The notes under the pieces: model-generated
What the model saw: the letters and a program-made list of their open reading frames with translations, nothing else
What the model was told of the DNA's origin: nothing
Database searches by the model: none
Source of the DNA: a virus
Lineage: Duplodnaviria > Caudoviricetes
IMG/VR virus record: IMGVR_UViG_3300032313_000292
Span: 1 to 39,757 of that record
Direction: 5' to 3' (one strand)
DNA: 39,757 nucleotides
Translations under genes and position numbers: made by a program
Shown here: positions 9,886-20,200 of the stretch, piece by piece
How positions within the stretch are numbered: position 1 is the stretch's first letter
How the letters are laid out: every line of letters begins with the position of its first letter

Positions 9886-10308
9886 ATGCCACTATTAGCA
9901 AATGATACAGATGGTGCTCTTACCCGTAAGCGCATTGAAACATGGGCAGCAAAGATGGAGAAGGTAACTGTTGTTGCCGCCACCGATGCAGCAACCGTAC
10001 AGGTAGCAGCAACTCTTGCTGGTGCACAACAGGTTGTTTACACCATGACACCAACAGCAAGCCGTACCTTGACCACACCAACTGGTGCGGAACTTGGTGC
10101 AGCGTTCACAGACGAGGGCGTTGGCTCTTCGTTTGAGTTCACTGTTGTGAACGTAGCAGCAGCAACCCACCCAATCGTGGTAACTGCTGGTGCTTCGGGA
10201 GTGACACTTGTTGGTGTTGCGGCAACCTTCTCGGTTGCAGCAGCATCATCAGCATCGTATGTTGCGGTTTTCACTGCAGCAAACACGGTGTCCATCTACC
10301 GCAAGTAA
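9886..10308 (+). CDS. Putative head decoration/minor capsid protein
   Basis: Directly after the major capsid gene with a near-identical leader (ctaactaa..ggagaaa); Ala/Thr/Val-rich. Confidence 0.55.
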   Translation: MPLLANDTDGALTRKRIETWAAKMEKVTVVAATDAATVQVAATLAGAQQVVYTMTPTASRTLTTPTGAELGAAFTDEGVGSSFEFTVVNVAAATHPIVVTAGASGVTLVGVAATFSVAAASSASYVAVFTAANTVSIYRK

Positions 10309-10316
10309 TTGAATCT

Positions 10317-10348
10317 GGGGGGTGGGCAGAAACCCACTCCCCTATTTC
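10317..10348 (+). terminator. Intrinsic terminator-like hairpin after the capsid genes
   Basis: GGGGGGTGGG-cagaaa-CCCACTCCCC followed by tatttc; the single mismatch is G-U on the + strand. Confidence 0.6.
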
Positions 10349-10361
10349 AAAAGGAGCAATA

Positions 10362-10511
10362 ATGCCTTACAACTATCCACAAGTTGATAGTCACGCTGAT
10401 GCAGTAAAGAAGTCTGGAACCGTTACAGCCCCCGGCTTGTATGGTAAAAGTCCAACTCCTGTAAAGCAAGACAAGAATTACAAAGTTCGACCAAATTCAG
10501 ACAAGAAGTAA
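10362..10511 (+). CDS. Small hypothetical protein (49 aa; not in the ORF track)
   Basis: AAGGAG SD; MPYNYPQVDSHADAVKKSG...; fills the gap. Confidence 0.6.
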   Translation: MPYNYPQVDSHADAVKKSGTVTAPGLYGKSPTPVKQDKNYKVRPNSDKK

Positions 10512-10523
10512 AGGAAAATTAAA

Positions 10524-10937
10524 ATGGCACAAAGCAAAGCAAATAAGGCTTACACACTTCGTATGACGAAGCAAGCACAAAAGCCAGCAAAGAATGACAA
10601 GCCAAGTCAGTTCAAGAAGGTTGGAGATTTCCGACCGGGTGGAATGTTCTCAACTGGTCGTGCAATTAAGGCTCAACCAGAAACCCGCAAGAAGGCTTCA
10701 GTGTCTGCTGCTGGTGCTGGTGCAAGCAAGGAAAAGCGTGTTGCAGGTCTACGTGTTCGTGGAATGGATGACGCAGGTCCAGTTGTACGTGCAGGTGTTG
10801 GTTCTAAAGCCAAATCTACTCCTAAGAAGAAAGTTGCTGTTGCCTCAAAAGGACAATCAATTCGTAGTGCTGATAAGGCAAGTGATGCAAAGCGTCGTAA
10901 GAGTGGAACAACCCGTGGTTCACGAGGTATGTACTAA
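10524..10937 (+). CDS. Highly basic hypothetical protein
   Basis: AAGGA SD; Lys/Arg/Ala-rich. Confidence 0.65.
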   Translation: MAQSKANKAYTLRMTKQAQKPAKNDKPSQFKKVGDFRPGGMFSTGRAIKAQPETRKKASVSAAGAGASKEKRVAGLRVRGMDDAGPVVRAGVGSKAKSTPKKKVAVASKGQSIRSADKASDAKRRKSGTTRGSRGMY

Positions 10938-10939
10938 GA

Positions 10940-11374
10940 ATGGCGACTAAGAAGCAAAATCCTGCTGTAGCAAAACGTGTTGCTGACCGCAAAGCGTTTG
11001 TTAAAGACAAGGTTGCTTCAAAGGGCATTACAGACAAACAGGCTCGTCAACGGTTTTATGTTCAGTCTCGAATGGCTGAACTTAAAGCCGCTGGCAAAAC
11101 TGTGACTCCAGAAACACGCAAGAAACTTCAACAGAAGTTTCAGTCTGGTGATGTATCCCGTAAGGGGTTTGCTGCACCAAAGAAGAAGACTGGTGCAACA
11201 GGTAAAACTGGAACAACTGAAAAAGTTGTTTCAGTAAAAAGTGCTGTTAAAACTCCTAACAGTTCGTATATGGACCCTAAGAAACGACCTGTTGGTTTGG
11301 GCAACAAGGTTTTAAAAGGTCAACGCCCATCTAACAGTGTTTACAATAGAATTGGGCGTCAACCGGGATATTAA
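10940..11374 (+). CDS. Highly basic hypothetical protein
   Basis: Starts 2 nt after the upstream stop; Lys-rich. Confidence 0.65.
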   Translation: MATKKQNPAVAKRVADRKAFVKDKVASKGITDKQARQRFYVQSRMAELKAAGKTVTPETRKKLQQKFQSGDVSRKGFAAPKKKTGATGKTGTTEKVVSVKSAVKTPNSSYMDPKKRPVGLGNKVLKGQRPSNSVYNRIGRQPGY

Positions 11375-11419
11375 CAACACTTGTGGTGTTGTATATGTAA
11401 CAAATTGGGGTAGTTGTAT

Positions 11420-11632
11420 ATGAAAAACGCCGTACAAGCCCAATCGTATTACGGAACGCCAGTATCTGGGTTCCGCCTAGCCCCAACAGCGGGAGCAAAG
11501 ATTGCTGCTCCATCTGCGCCGTATATCGGGCGCAACCGTTGTATAGCAAATGAGGACACCTGTGAGGGTCCAAAGGCTAGGGGCACGGACTATTGCATCG
11601 GACATCTAAGGTCACAAGAGAAGGCTAAATGA
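11420..11632 (+). CDS. Small protein with C-x6-C...C-x2-H motif
   Basis: ATG 11420 preferred; ATGA overlap with the adaptor gene. Confidence 0.6.
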   Translation: MKNAVQAQSYYGTPVSGFRLAPTAGAKIAAPSAPYIGRNRCIANEDTCEGPKARGTDYCIGHLRSQEKAK

Positions 11633-12324
11633 GCGTAACCCTTACCACTCTGCGTTCACAAGTCCGAAACATGGCTGACTTGGATGAGGTGGATTTGCCC
11701 GACACCATCATTGACCAGTTTGCTCGTGAGGGGTTTCAGCGTATTTTTGCATTAGAGCGTAGGTGGCCGTTCCTTCAGGAGACTTACACGTTCAACACGG
11801 TTGCCAACCAGCGTGAGTACACGATTGCCACTATTGGTGACATTCGAGAAATCATTTCCGTAATTGACAGTAGTACTTCTGGTGCTCGTCTTACTTTGAT
11901 TCCGTATGACAATGCTGAGGAGATTTGGCTGGGCAACACAGATGTTGCCAGCCGACCATACTTTTATTCATTCTGGGATAAGAAGTTGCAGTTGTGGGCT
12001 AAACCTGATGCGGTTTACCCAATGGTGGTTCGTGCTTACCGAAACCCTGTTTACACATGGTTGACGAACACAGAAGAGATAATTGACCTTGATGAGTGGT
12101 TCCATGCTTTGCTTCCTTATTTTGTGCTCGCCCGTGTGTACCAACGCCAAGAAGATGCACAGTTGTCACAAATGTACATGAACTCATTTGAAGAGGGTGT
12201 TGGTCTTGCTCGTCGTGACTTGATGAAGGCATCAAGTGCACAACCGGTTGTCATGTCTGCTGGTCGCCAGTATCCAACTATGAAGCGCTGGTTGCAGACG
12301 CTTGGAGCGACACTTGGACAATGA
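11629..12324 (+). CDS. Head-tail adaptor (tail tubular protein A-like)
   Basis: N-terminal TL..LR..VR helix, WPFL and L.LW.KPD..Y motifs; precedes the nozzle gene. Confidence 0.7.
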   Translation: MSVTLTTLRSQVRNMADLDEVDLPDTIIDQFAREGFQRIFALERRWPFLQETYTFNTVANQREYTIATIGDIREIISVIDSSTSGARLTLIPYDNAEEIWLGNTDVASRPYFYSFWDKKLQLWAKPDAVYPMVVRAYRNPVYTWLTNTEEIIDLDEWFHALLPYFVLARVYQRQEDAQLSQMYMNSFEEGVGLARRDLMKASSAQPVVMSAGRQYPTMKRWLQTLGATLGQ

Positions 12325-13934
12325 GCAATGTATCCGTTGAACGCTACGACGACTTCACTGGTGGTCTAAACCTTAGGGCAGACCAGTTTCAGTTGGCTCG
12401 AAATGAGTCACCCGACATGTTGAATGTTGAGGTTGACCCTCGTGGTGGTTTGTTTACCCGTGGTGCTATGCGTGAGATTAACTCTACTGCTGTCTCTGGT
12501 ACGTGGACTCCGTACAAGTTGCATCCATTCTATGGTGCAACTCCACGAGTTATGTTGGCTAACAGCACTGCTGTGTGGCATTCAACTGGTGGAAACTTCA
12601 CACAACTTGCTTATTCATCTGGAAACAACATTGTTGCTTCAAATATTAATGGTGCTTCTTTTGCTAACTGGGGTGCAAAACTTTATATTGCTACTGGTCA
12701 TGATGGTACACAAGGTTATGTTTGGGAAACTGGTGACACATACGCAACTGCTATTACGGCATTGACTGGTTCTAACTGGAACAATAACTACAACTCTCCC
12801 GCTAGAGACAAGTTCCCAAAATGCGAACACATCGTTGTTCATGCAAACAAACTGTTTGCTGCATCGGTTGATTATTCCGGAACAAACTACAAGAACAGAT
12901 TGCATTACTCGCATGAAGCAGAACCACAAGACTGGGCTGAAACAGACTACTTTGACTTCCTTGGTGGTGGTGACGGTATAACTGGTCTTGCTGTGTACGC
13001 AGGTCAGTTGATTGTGTTTAAGCCACGTTCTATTTACATTGTTTACGGTTATGAAACAGCAGATTTTTCTGTTGTTGAATTAACCTCAACGCTTGGTGTT
13101 GATGCTCCGACAAAGATTGCGGTAGCAGAAAACGGTGTGTACTTTTATTCACATCCAAATGGTTTGTTTTTCTATAACGGTTCAACCATTGTTGACCTGT
13201 CAGAAAATTTCAACTCTATTTACCCAAACAACTATTTGAACGATACTGCAACGTCGACGATTTCTGTCTCTTACATCAATCGTCGCCTGTGGCTTTCGCT
13301 TCCATATTCAAAAATAACTACGGTTTCAAAAGCAACTGTTAACTTGATTTACGACCAAAGCATTGGTCAGCGTGGTGCGTACACAATGTTCTCAACCGCA
13401 GATGAATATGGCGTGATTGGTGGATGTGACTTTGTTTCATCTGGTGGAACTACATTCGGTCTTGCTATACATCCGGGTATTCCACGTGTTCTCAAGGTTG
13501 ATGCATTTGAATCTGAGAAAGATTTACTAGCAACTGTTGAAAGCAACTTTGTTTCTTATTACAGAACTGGTTGGGTTGATGGTCGTTCTTATTCTGCAAA
13601 GAAGATGTGGCGTAGACCAGATGTTGTTATCAAGCAGTCGGACACAGCAAGAACCGTAAACGTCAAGGTGTTCCATAACTTTGAAGAAGCAAATGGTAAC
13701 GAACGTAAGACATTCAATATTTCAATTGATGCATCAGCATCTGGAATGTTGTGGGGTGAAGGTCGTTGGGGTTCTGGTAGATGGGGTGTTCAGGCCGAAG
13801 GTGCACAGGTTGTTCGTGGTTCAAACCTTGGGCTTGCACGTTCTGTACAACTTTTGTTCACTGGACCAACTGGACTCTCTTGGGGTATTGACAGTATCTC
13901 ATACAAATTTAATGCACGAAAGGTAACTGGATAA
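12321..13934 (+). CDS. Tail nozzle/tubular protein B-like beta-propeller protein
   Basis: DFTGGLN N-terminus, RL.YS...P..W and G..ITGL......LIVFK propeller blades. Confidence 0.8.
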   Translation: MSNVSVERYDDFTGGLNLRADQFQLARNESPDMLNVEVDPRGGLFTRGAMREINSTAVSGTWTPYKLHPFYGATPRVMLANSTAVWHSTGGNFTQLAYSSGNNIVASNINGASFANWGAKLYIATGHDGTQGYVWETGDTYATAITALTGSNWNNNYNSPARDKFPKCEHIVVHANKLFAASVDYSGTNYKNRLHYSHEAEPQDWAETDYFDFLGGGDGITGLAVYAGQLIVFKPRSIYIVYGYETADFSVVELTSTLGVDAPTKIAVAENGVYFYSHPNGLFFYNGSTIVDLSENFNSIYPNNYLNDTATSTISVSYINRRLWLSLPYSKITTVSKATVNLIYDQSIGQRGAYTMFSTADEYGVIGGCDFVSSGGTTFGLAIHPGIPRVLKVDAFESEKDLLATVESNFVSYYRTGWVDGRSYSAKKMWRRPDVVIKQSDTARTVNVKVFHNFEEANGNERKTFNISIDASASGMLWGEGRWGSGRWGVQAEGAQVVRGSNLGLARSVQLLFTGPTGLSWGIDSISYKFNARKVTG

Positions 13935-14212
13935 TGGCTATTGTAATTCCACACTCGTTTACAGATGGAGATATCGCTGAAGCATCTGAAGTTAACGCTA
14001 ACTTCAATGAGTTCAAACTCTATGTTGATGGTTTGTCAACTGGAACAAACATTGATTCATCTGCAATCACTAACGCAAAAATAGATGCAAGCGCTATCAC
14101 GACAACAAAAATTGCAGACGGTACTGTAACTTACGCAAAGTTGAATAGTGATGTTGCAACTTCTTTGGCGGTAGATGACCAAGTTGTGCTCGCAGGACAG
14201 GTATTTGGCTGA
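13934..14212 (+). CDS. Short tail needle/fibre-like protein
   Basis: F..G.IA.ASEVNANF N-terminus and AIT..KI repeats. Confidence 0.6.
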   Translation: MAIVIPHSFTDGDIAEASEVNANFNEFKLYVDGLSTGTNIDSSAITNAKIDASAITTTKIADGTVTYAKLNSDVATSLAVDDQVVLAGQVFG

Positions 14213-14394
14213 TGGATTCTTTTTCAATCCCGGCACTAACTGCGTTGAAATCTACGGATGCCATTGTCATCCGTCAGATTGTCTCGTCTTTGGTTTCTGA
14301 GATTGACAAAATTAACAAACGATTAGATGATGCAGAAGCCACTCGCAAAAGAGTTTCTGAAGATAGAAAGGCTCTAAAACAATATGGCGTATGA
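14212..14394 (+). CDS. Small coiled-coil protein
   Basis: Overlaps the neighbouring genes at both ends. Confidence 0.55.
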   Translation: MDSFSIPALTALKSTDAIVIRQIVSSLVSEIDKINKRLDDAEATRKRVSEDRKALKQYGV

Positions 14395-14815
14395 TGCAAG
14401 TGCTTTCGAGGCACGTCGTAGAGGTCTTATGGACAAGTACGCATCTATTGGTTCAGCCAATACTTACGGTAACTTTGTTTCACAACAAAGGGGTAATCGC
14501 AATCTTGCTGACATGAACAAGGGTTTTGAGAAGGCTCAGCCACAGATTATAACTTCTTTTGGTAAGAGGGGTTCGTTTACTCCAAACGTAAAGACTGGCG
14601 CTTTTCAGAAAGCGCTGCAGGATTTTGCAAAGGAAAGAATTAGTACAACATCACGAGCACAGCAAGACCTTGCCCAACAGAACACAATGTTTAATTTGGG
14701 TCAAGCACAACTTGGCGATGAATACAAGGTTGGTTTACAAGATTTGGAAGCAGACAAGGCAAGGCAGATAGAGCAGGATGCTCTTGAGATAATGAGATTA
14801 AGGAGTGGTTTCTAA
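14384..14815 (+). CDS. Putative internal virion (ejection) protein
   Basis: Gln/Ala-rich helical protein located after the tail genes. Confidence 0.5.
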   Translation: MAYDASAFEARRRGLMDKYASIGSANTYGNFVSQQRGNRNLADMNKGFEKAQPQIITSFGKRGSFTPNVKTGAFQKALQDFAKERISTTSRAQQDLAQQNTMFNLGQAQLGDEYKVGLQDLEADKARQIEQDALEIMRLRSGF

Positions 14816-15984
14816 TGGTTAATGAAGCAAACCCGAACGCATCAAAACAGAATCCTCGTGTACGCACGTGGGGTGGTAGTGCTGACAGACCAGTTGTTGC
14901 AACTGCACCTAAGCCGTATGTTCCAACTGCTGGTATGAACACGCAACAGAACATTCGTGCTGCCGACAGATATGCCACAACACTTCCTTATGTATCTGGA
15001 GTGCAATTAGAAAAAGACCGTGAGGCTGAGGCAGAAAAAATTAAAAACGAAATTCTTGGTGGTCAAAGTTATGGTGGCACTGGAACTCGTAGCGATACCG
15101 CATTCCAAAATGCATTGTCAATGCTTACTAGTGGTGGTACGGGTACTGGTAAATCTACTGCACCTAAAGCGTCAGACCGTCTTGCCAGAGATGAGTTCAA
15201 TTACAAAAAAGAACAAGAAGCAGAAGCAAAAGCAGTTAGAGACCGTGCACTTCAAGGGATGATTGACCAGATTACATCTAATTCTTATCGTGGAAATATT
15301 GATGACTTGATTGCACAGATTGAAGGAATGAGCACAACTGGTAAAGAAGATATTGGAGATATTTACAATACCACAATTGGAAACATTGGAGAAGGATATG
15401 ACACCGCTCAGGGTTTGTTAGACACTGGTTACGGTGCATTGGAACAATATCTAACCCAAAACCAAAACAACCCATACGCTGGGCTAAGTGCACAGATGCC
15501 AGCAGTTACCAACCCAATGGAAGAGTATTTGAATGCTTATGGCGCAATGTCACCAGACATTGCTAACCAGATGCAGGCTGAGCAGTTGGCTGGTCAGCAG
15601 AGCGCTGGAGCATTCCAGAGCCTTATTGACGTGCTTAGCGCTAATGCCAAGTCTAACGACTTGTCACGCTTGGCTGAGTCTCGAATGGCACAGAACATGG
15701 CAAACACTGGTTTGGGCGCTCAGAGGGCTTCGTACACATCACAGGCGGCGAGCAGGCAACAGCAGGCTTTGGCTGCTTTGGCACAGCAGATTGCTCAGTC
15801 TAAGTTTGAGCAAGAGCAGGCTGCTGGTGGTCGTAAGCAAAGCATCATTGATGCGATTATTGCGGCTGGTGGAACACCTCCTTCTGGTCAGGTTGACACC
15901 GCTCAAAACCTTCCAGATTTCTCAGGAATTGACTTCTCGGCATTGAACAACATGTTTGGTCCGGGATTCGGTTCTGGAAGGTAA
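14815..15984 (+). CDS. Putative internal virion (ejection) protein
   Basis: Gln/Ala/Gly-rich helical protein; TAATG coupling. Confidence 0.55.
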   Translation: MVNEANPNASKQNPRVRTWGGSADRPVVATAPKPYVPTAGMNTQQNIRAADRYATTLPYVSGVQLEKDREAEAEKIKNEILGGQSYGGTGTRSDTAFQNALSMLTSGGTGTGKSTAPKASDRLARDEFNYKKEQEAEAKAVRDRALQGMIDQITSNSYRGNIDDLIAQIEGMSTTGKEDIGDIYNTTIGNIGEGYDTAQGLLDTGYGALEQYLTQNQNNPYAGLSAQMPAVTNPMEEYLNAYGAMSPDIANQMQAEQLAGQQSAGAFQSLIDVLSANAKSNDLSRLAESRMAQNMANTGLGAQRASYTSQAASRQQQALAALAQQIAQSKFEQEQAAGGRKQSIIDAIIAAGGTPPSGQVDTAQNLPDFSGIDFSALNNMFGPGFGSGR

Positions 15985-16001
15985 CAAAGGGCTTTAGGTA
16001 T

Positions 16002-17246
16002 ATGAGCATGCAACCAAACCCTTCTGGGCAAATGGATTTCAACTCGCTGTTACCAATCCTTGCCATGTATGCCAACCGCAAAGGCGGTGGCAACTCTGGT
16101 GATTTGAGCAACATCATGAACCCAACCTTGGGTCTTTTCTCTAATTCGTACACAGCACCGTCTGAGATGTCCGATGAGGAAATTGTGAGATTGTATGCTC
16201 CACAGACTTTGGCTATTCAGGGTAGTGATGACCCAATCTCAACCTCGATTCTTGAGTACATCAACAGGGGTTATCCCGCTGTGCAGATTAAAAGAATCCT
16301 GAGCGACGGTGTATACAAGACTGGAACCTTGGATGTTGGTGACGACATTGAGGGTGGTTTGACTATGTACAACAAACTCGTTGATGACTTGTTTGCTGAA
16401 AGCAAGACTGTTGATGAGAAGCGTTATCAGATTCAGAATCAGGACACCATTTTTGAAAAGGCTGGCATGCGTAATCCGAATGAGGATTACGACCCAACAC
16501 AGTTGTTCCCAGAGGTTTTCAATCCAATGATTGACCGTCTTGCTTCAACACAAAAAGATGTTGATAAGCGTATGAAGGAAATAGACCTTGCTGCTGGAGA
16601 CCCAACTGTTTATGCTGCTCCAGATAAGCAAAGCAAAGAAGACAAACGACGCAAAGATGTTGGTATTGGTCAGGGCAATCGTTATTCTGCTGGTCTTAGG
16701 TCAATACTCAATGCAATAAGCACAGAGGGTGATGGTTCGCTGGAATCAGAATATGATTCAGACCTAGCAACAACGGCATCAAGTTTTGGTCTTTCAAAAC
16801 AACAAGTGCTTACTGGAAATTCTCCACAAGCAACTGCTGCACGTAAGGCTTATCAGCAAAGAAAAAAGTGGTCTCTTGAGGACTACGAAAAGAAACAAAA
16901 GGGTGAAGCACCAAAGGTTGATGCTCGTGCTACTGGAATGAATAAAGCGGCCATTGCATATCAGAAAGAACTTGCTGGTGCTGCAGCGCCACAGCGTACT
17001 GCCACCTTGAATGTTGCTGGATTGAAAGACCCAAACACTGGTAAAGATGTTGACATGTCTAGAGCAGTTCAGGGTTCGGTCACAAAGATTCCAACAGAGA
17101 ATCTTCGTGACCCGGTATTGCAACAACAGAAGTTAATAAATTTAGTTGCACAGAAAGTGCAGGAAGGTTTGAGAGCCAGAGGAGAAACCCCATTTAACAC
17201 AGACATGCTTAATAGGATTATTCTCAACAAAGCAATGGGTGGGTAA
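16002..17246 (+). CDS. Putative internal virion (ejection) protein
   Basis: 414-aa ORF coupled (TAATG) to the giant gene. Confidence 0.55.
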   Translation: MSMQPNPSGQMDFNSLLPILAMYANRKGGGNSGDLSNIMNPTLGLFSNSYTAPSEMSDEEIVRLYAPQTLAIQGSDDPISTSILEYINRGYPAVQIKRILSDGVYKTGTLDVGDDIEGGLTMYNKLVDDLFAESKTVDEKRYQIQNQDTIFEKAGMRNPNEDYDPTQLFPEVFNPMIDRLASTQKDVDKRMKEIDLAAGDPTVYAAPDKQSKEDKRRKDVGIGQGNRYSAGLRSILNAISTEGDGSLESEYDSDLATTASSFGLSKQQVLTGNSPQATAARKAYQQRKKWSLEDYEKKQKGEAPKVDARATGMNKAAIAYQKELAGAAAPQRTATLNVAGLKDPNTGKDVDMSRAVQGSVTKIPTENLRDPVLQQQKLINLVAQKVQEGLRARGETPFNTDMLNRIILNKAMGG

Positions 17247-20200
17247 TGGCTTCTCAGCAAGATTTGCTTTCAGCACTTCAGGGTTTATCACAACAGTCTT
17301 CAGCATCAAGGGGCCCAGCACCTGTTGCTATTGCTCCAACAACCCGTACCGCTGCACCACCTAGGGTTGGTGCTGGCGGTGCACCGAACTTGTTTGACCA
17401 AGTTGTAAAACAATCAAGCACGATGGCTTCAAATCCTCGTGACGCAAAGACTCGTACCGCAATCCGTGGCTTGGATGTGTACGCAAGAAAACAGGGTGCA
17501 AAGTATCCAAACGTTCTTGATGAGATTCAGGCTGCAAAAGAAGGTCAAATAAAACCTTCTGGCGCTCTTGGTGTTGTTGCCAACGTGTTGGACAATCCAA
17601 TTGCTAAGGCTGTGTTGAAGCCACTTGAGATTCTTGATACTGGTCGTCGTGCCATCATTTCTGGTGTTCGTGAAGTTGCAGACATCTTAGATACTGATGA
17701 AAAAACTACTGCAAGTTTTGGTGATTGGTTTGACCAGACCAAAGATGTGACTTACGGTTTTGGTACTGCTTTCCCGATGAAGGGTTGGGGTGGAAGAATT
17801 GTTGGTCTTGTCGGAGACCTTGCTCTTGACCCAATTAACTGGTTAACGCTTGGTGCAAACATTCCAAAGAGTCTTGCAACCAGAAGCGTATCGAGTGCTT
17901 TGATGAAGGGTGCTGCAATGAGTGCAGACGAACTTGCAGCAATGGGTCCTGCTGCTCTTGCAAGGATGGCTGCAGAAGAAACAGCAAGAGTTGCTGCAAC
18001 TAAAACTGGTGGTGAACTTCGTTTGCTTTTGGGTCGTAGACAAAGTGGCCGTGGTTTTGCAACCAATCTTGCCGGTCTTGCCGACAAGATGGGTGCATCA
18101 GCAGATTTGGTTCAAGACATTGCTTTGCGTGGAAGAACAGCGCTTGGAAGAACTGAAGAAGGAATCCAATTAGCAAAGAAGATTGGTCTTCCAGATGCTG
18201 GTATTTATGTGATGGGTACGCAGGTAAAGGTTCCTTTTACTGGTCCTGTTGCCGAGATGATTGAGCGTGGTCTTGTTGGTAGTCGTGTAGGAATTATGGG
18301 TAGCCGTTCAACTGAGTGGCTTGCTGAAAACTTTACGACAAAGGGAACTTCTGCTGCACGAAACATGCAACCTCTTCGTCGTGGTTTGCGTACTGGCAAG
18401 TTGGTTGTTGATGGCAAGTTGCAGAGAATGGATGCCGAACTTGCACGTTATGCAGTTCGGCTGGAGTCAATGGATAATGCTGCTCGTGCGTTAGAGGGCA
18501 TCATGATGGACACTTACGGTAAGCGTGTTGCTCCGTTCTTGCAAGAGGAAGACATTAAGGCTGCGGGCACAGAAGTGTATAAGTTCTTGGATACTCCACG
18601 GCTTAAGCCAGATGGAACAATGAACTGGGAACGCGAACTTACTGATGTTGAGCAAAGAGCGTATGACAAGATTCAGAAAATCTTCAAGGATTTTCACTCA
18701 GAGGTTGAGGCTAGATACCAGCAGGTTGACCCTAACTTCCAGATGAATTATGTGGAGAACTATCTTCCACACATGATGACAGACGAAGCACGTGATTGGT
18801 TGAATAGTCTTTCAACTCAGCGTGCTGAAGAGATTCGTCAGTACTTGAAGATAAACATGACTGACCCATCATCTTCGTTTAAGTCTCGTGGTCTTATCAA
18901 GGATGCAAACTTCTTTGGCAAGATTCTTGACGACGAGGACATGCTTAAGGGTGTTGCTGGTTTGAATGAAATAGCAAACAGGCCCGGAACTGGTTTTACT
19001 GGAAAGTTCTTTGAGACTGACATTGACAGAATCATGGCTAAGTATGGACAGCATTATGCTCAGCAGTTTGGAACTGCCGAGTTTATGCGTCTTGCTGTTG
19101 ACGGTGGAATTCTTGCAGAAGCAAAGCAGATGGGTTCGGTCACAAAGGACTGGTTGAAGTCAACTGCTGACTATGCACGTTCTGTTGAGAACGCAATGAA
19201 GAATGCTCATAGAGATATGGCTAATGCGGGCAGGGCCTCTATTAGTGCTTTCACAGAGTACATGGATGGTCTTGCTTCTAAGACTGGTGAGGCTGGTAAA
19301 GAGTTGGCTGCTTTGAAGCAGGGGCTCAAAGAAGTTGGAACACCAGAACAGCGTTTGCTCAAACTACAAGCAGCACAGAAACTTGTTGACAAGGCAATAG
19401 AGCAACAGAAGAAGGCTTGGTATAACTTCACTAAGGCACGCAATACAACGACATCGGTTATTGATGGTTTGTCTTCAATGATTGATGACTTGGATGCAGC
19501 ATGGGATGATTTGTCTAAGTCAATCAATCAGGCAATCATTGACCATCCAGCAATAATGGATGGACTGAACATGGGTCAGGGTGCTGGTGGAACACCGATT
19601 GTTTATAACGGCAAGAACTACACGTATGACGAATTGATTAAGAGTCTTGATGCAAAGCATCAGCGTGCAGCAAATGCGTTGAAAGTTCTTGAAGAAAGTT
19701 TTGAGAGAACAAAAAAACTTGACAATGTTCTTAACGGTATTGTTGAAAGTTATTTGAAGAATGATGGCATGGATGACATCATGGAGAACGTGACTCAGGC
19801 TCTTCTTCGTGAGGGAATTGAAATCCCAGATACCAAGGTGATGAACACTAGGAACATTGGAAGTGTTTGGAGCGATGGAAAAATCTCTCCAGACATGCGT
19901 GCAATCAAATCTGTTCTTGACCCAACAGGAAAAATAAAAAACACCACCTTGTCCAAGTTGACCATTGAAGAAGTTAGACGACGTGTTTCTAGTGCTGTCA
20001 CATCAGCCTCGAATCTCAGGGAGTTGCGTGAGGCTGGTGTTTGGTTGATTGTTCGTGATGCTGTGAACGACCCACAGTTTGCTTCTGCTCTTGCTAAAGA
20101 CATAAAGAACATTGGTAGCACCGTTGAAGGTGCGACTCAATCACGTTATGCAAACTTGGTTGAACTGTTGCGTCAAGCAGATGCCACAGAGCGATACATG

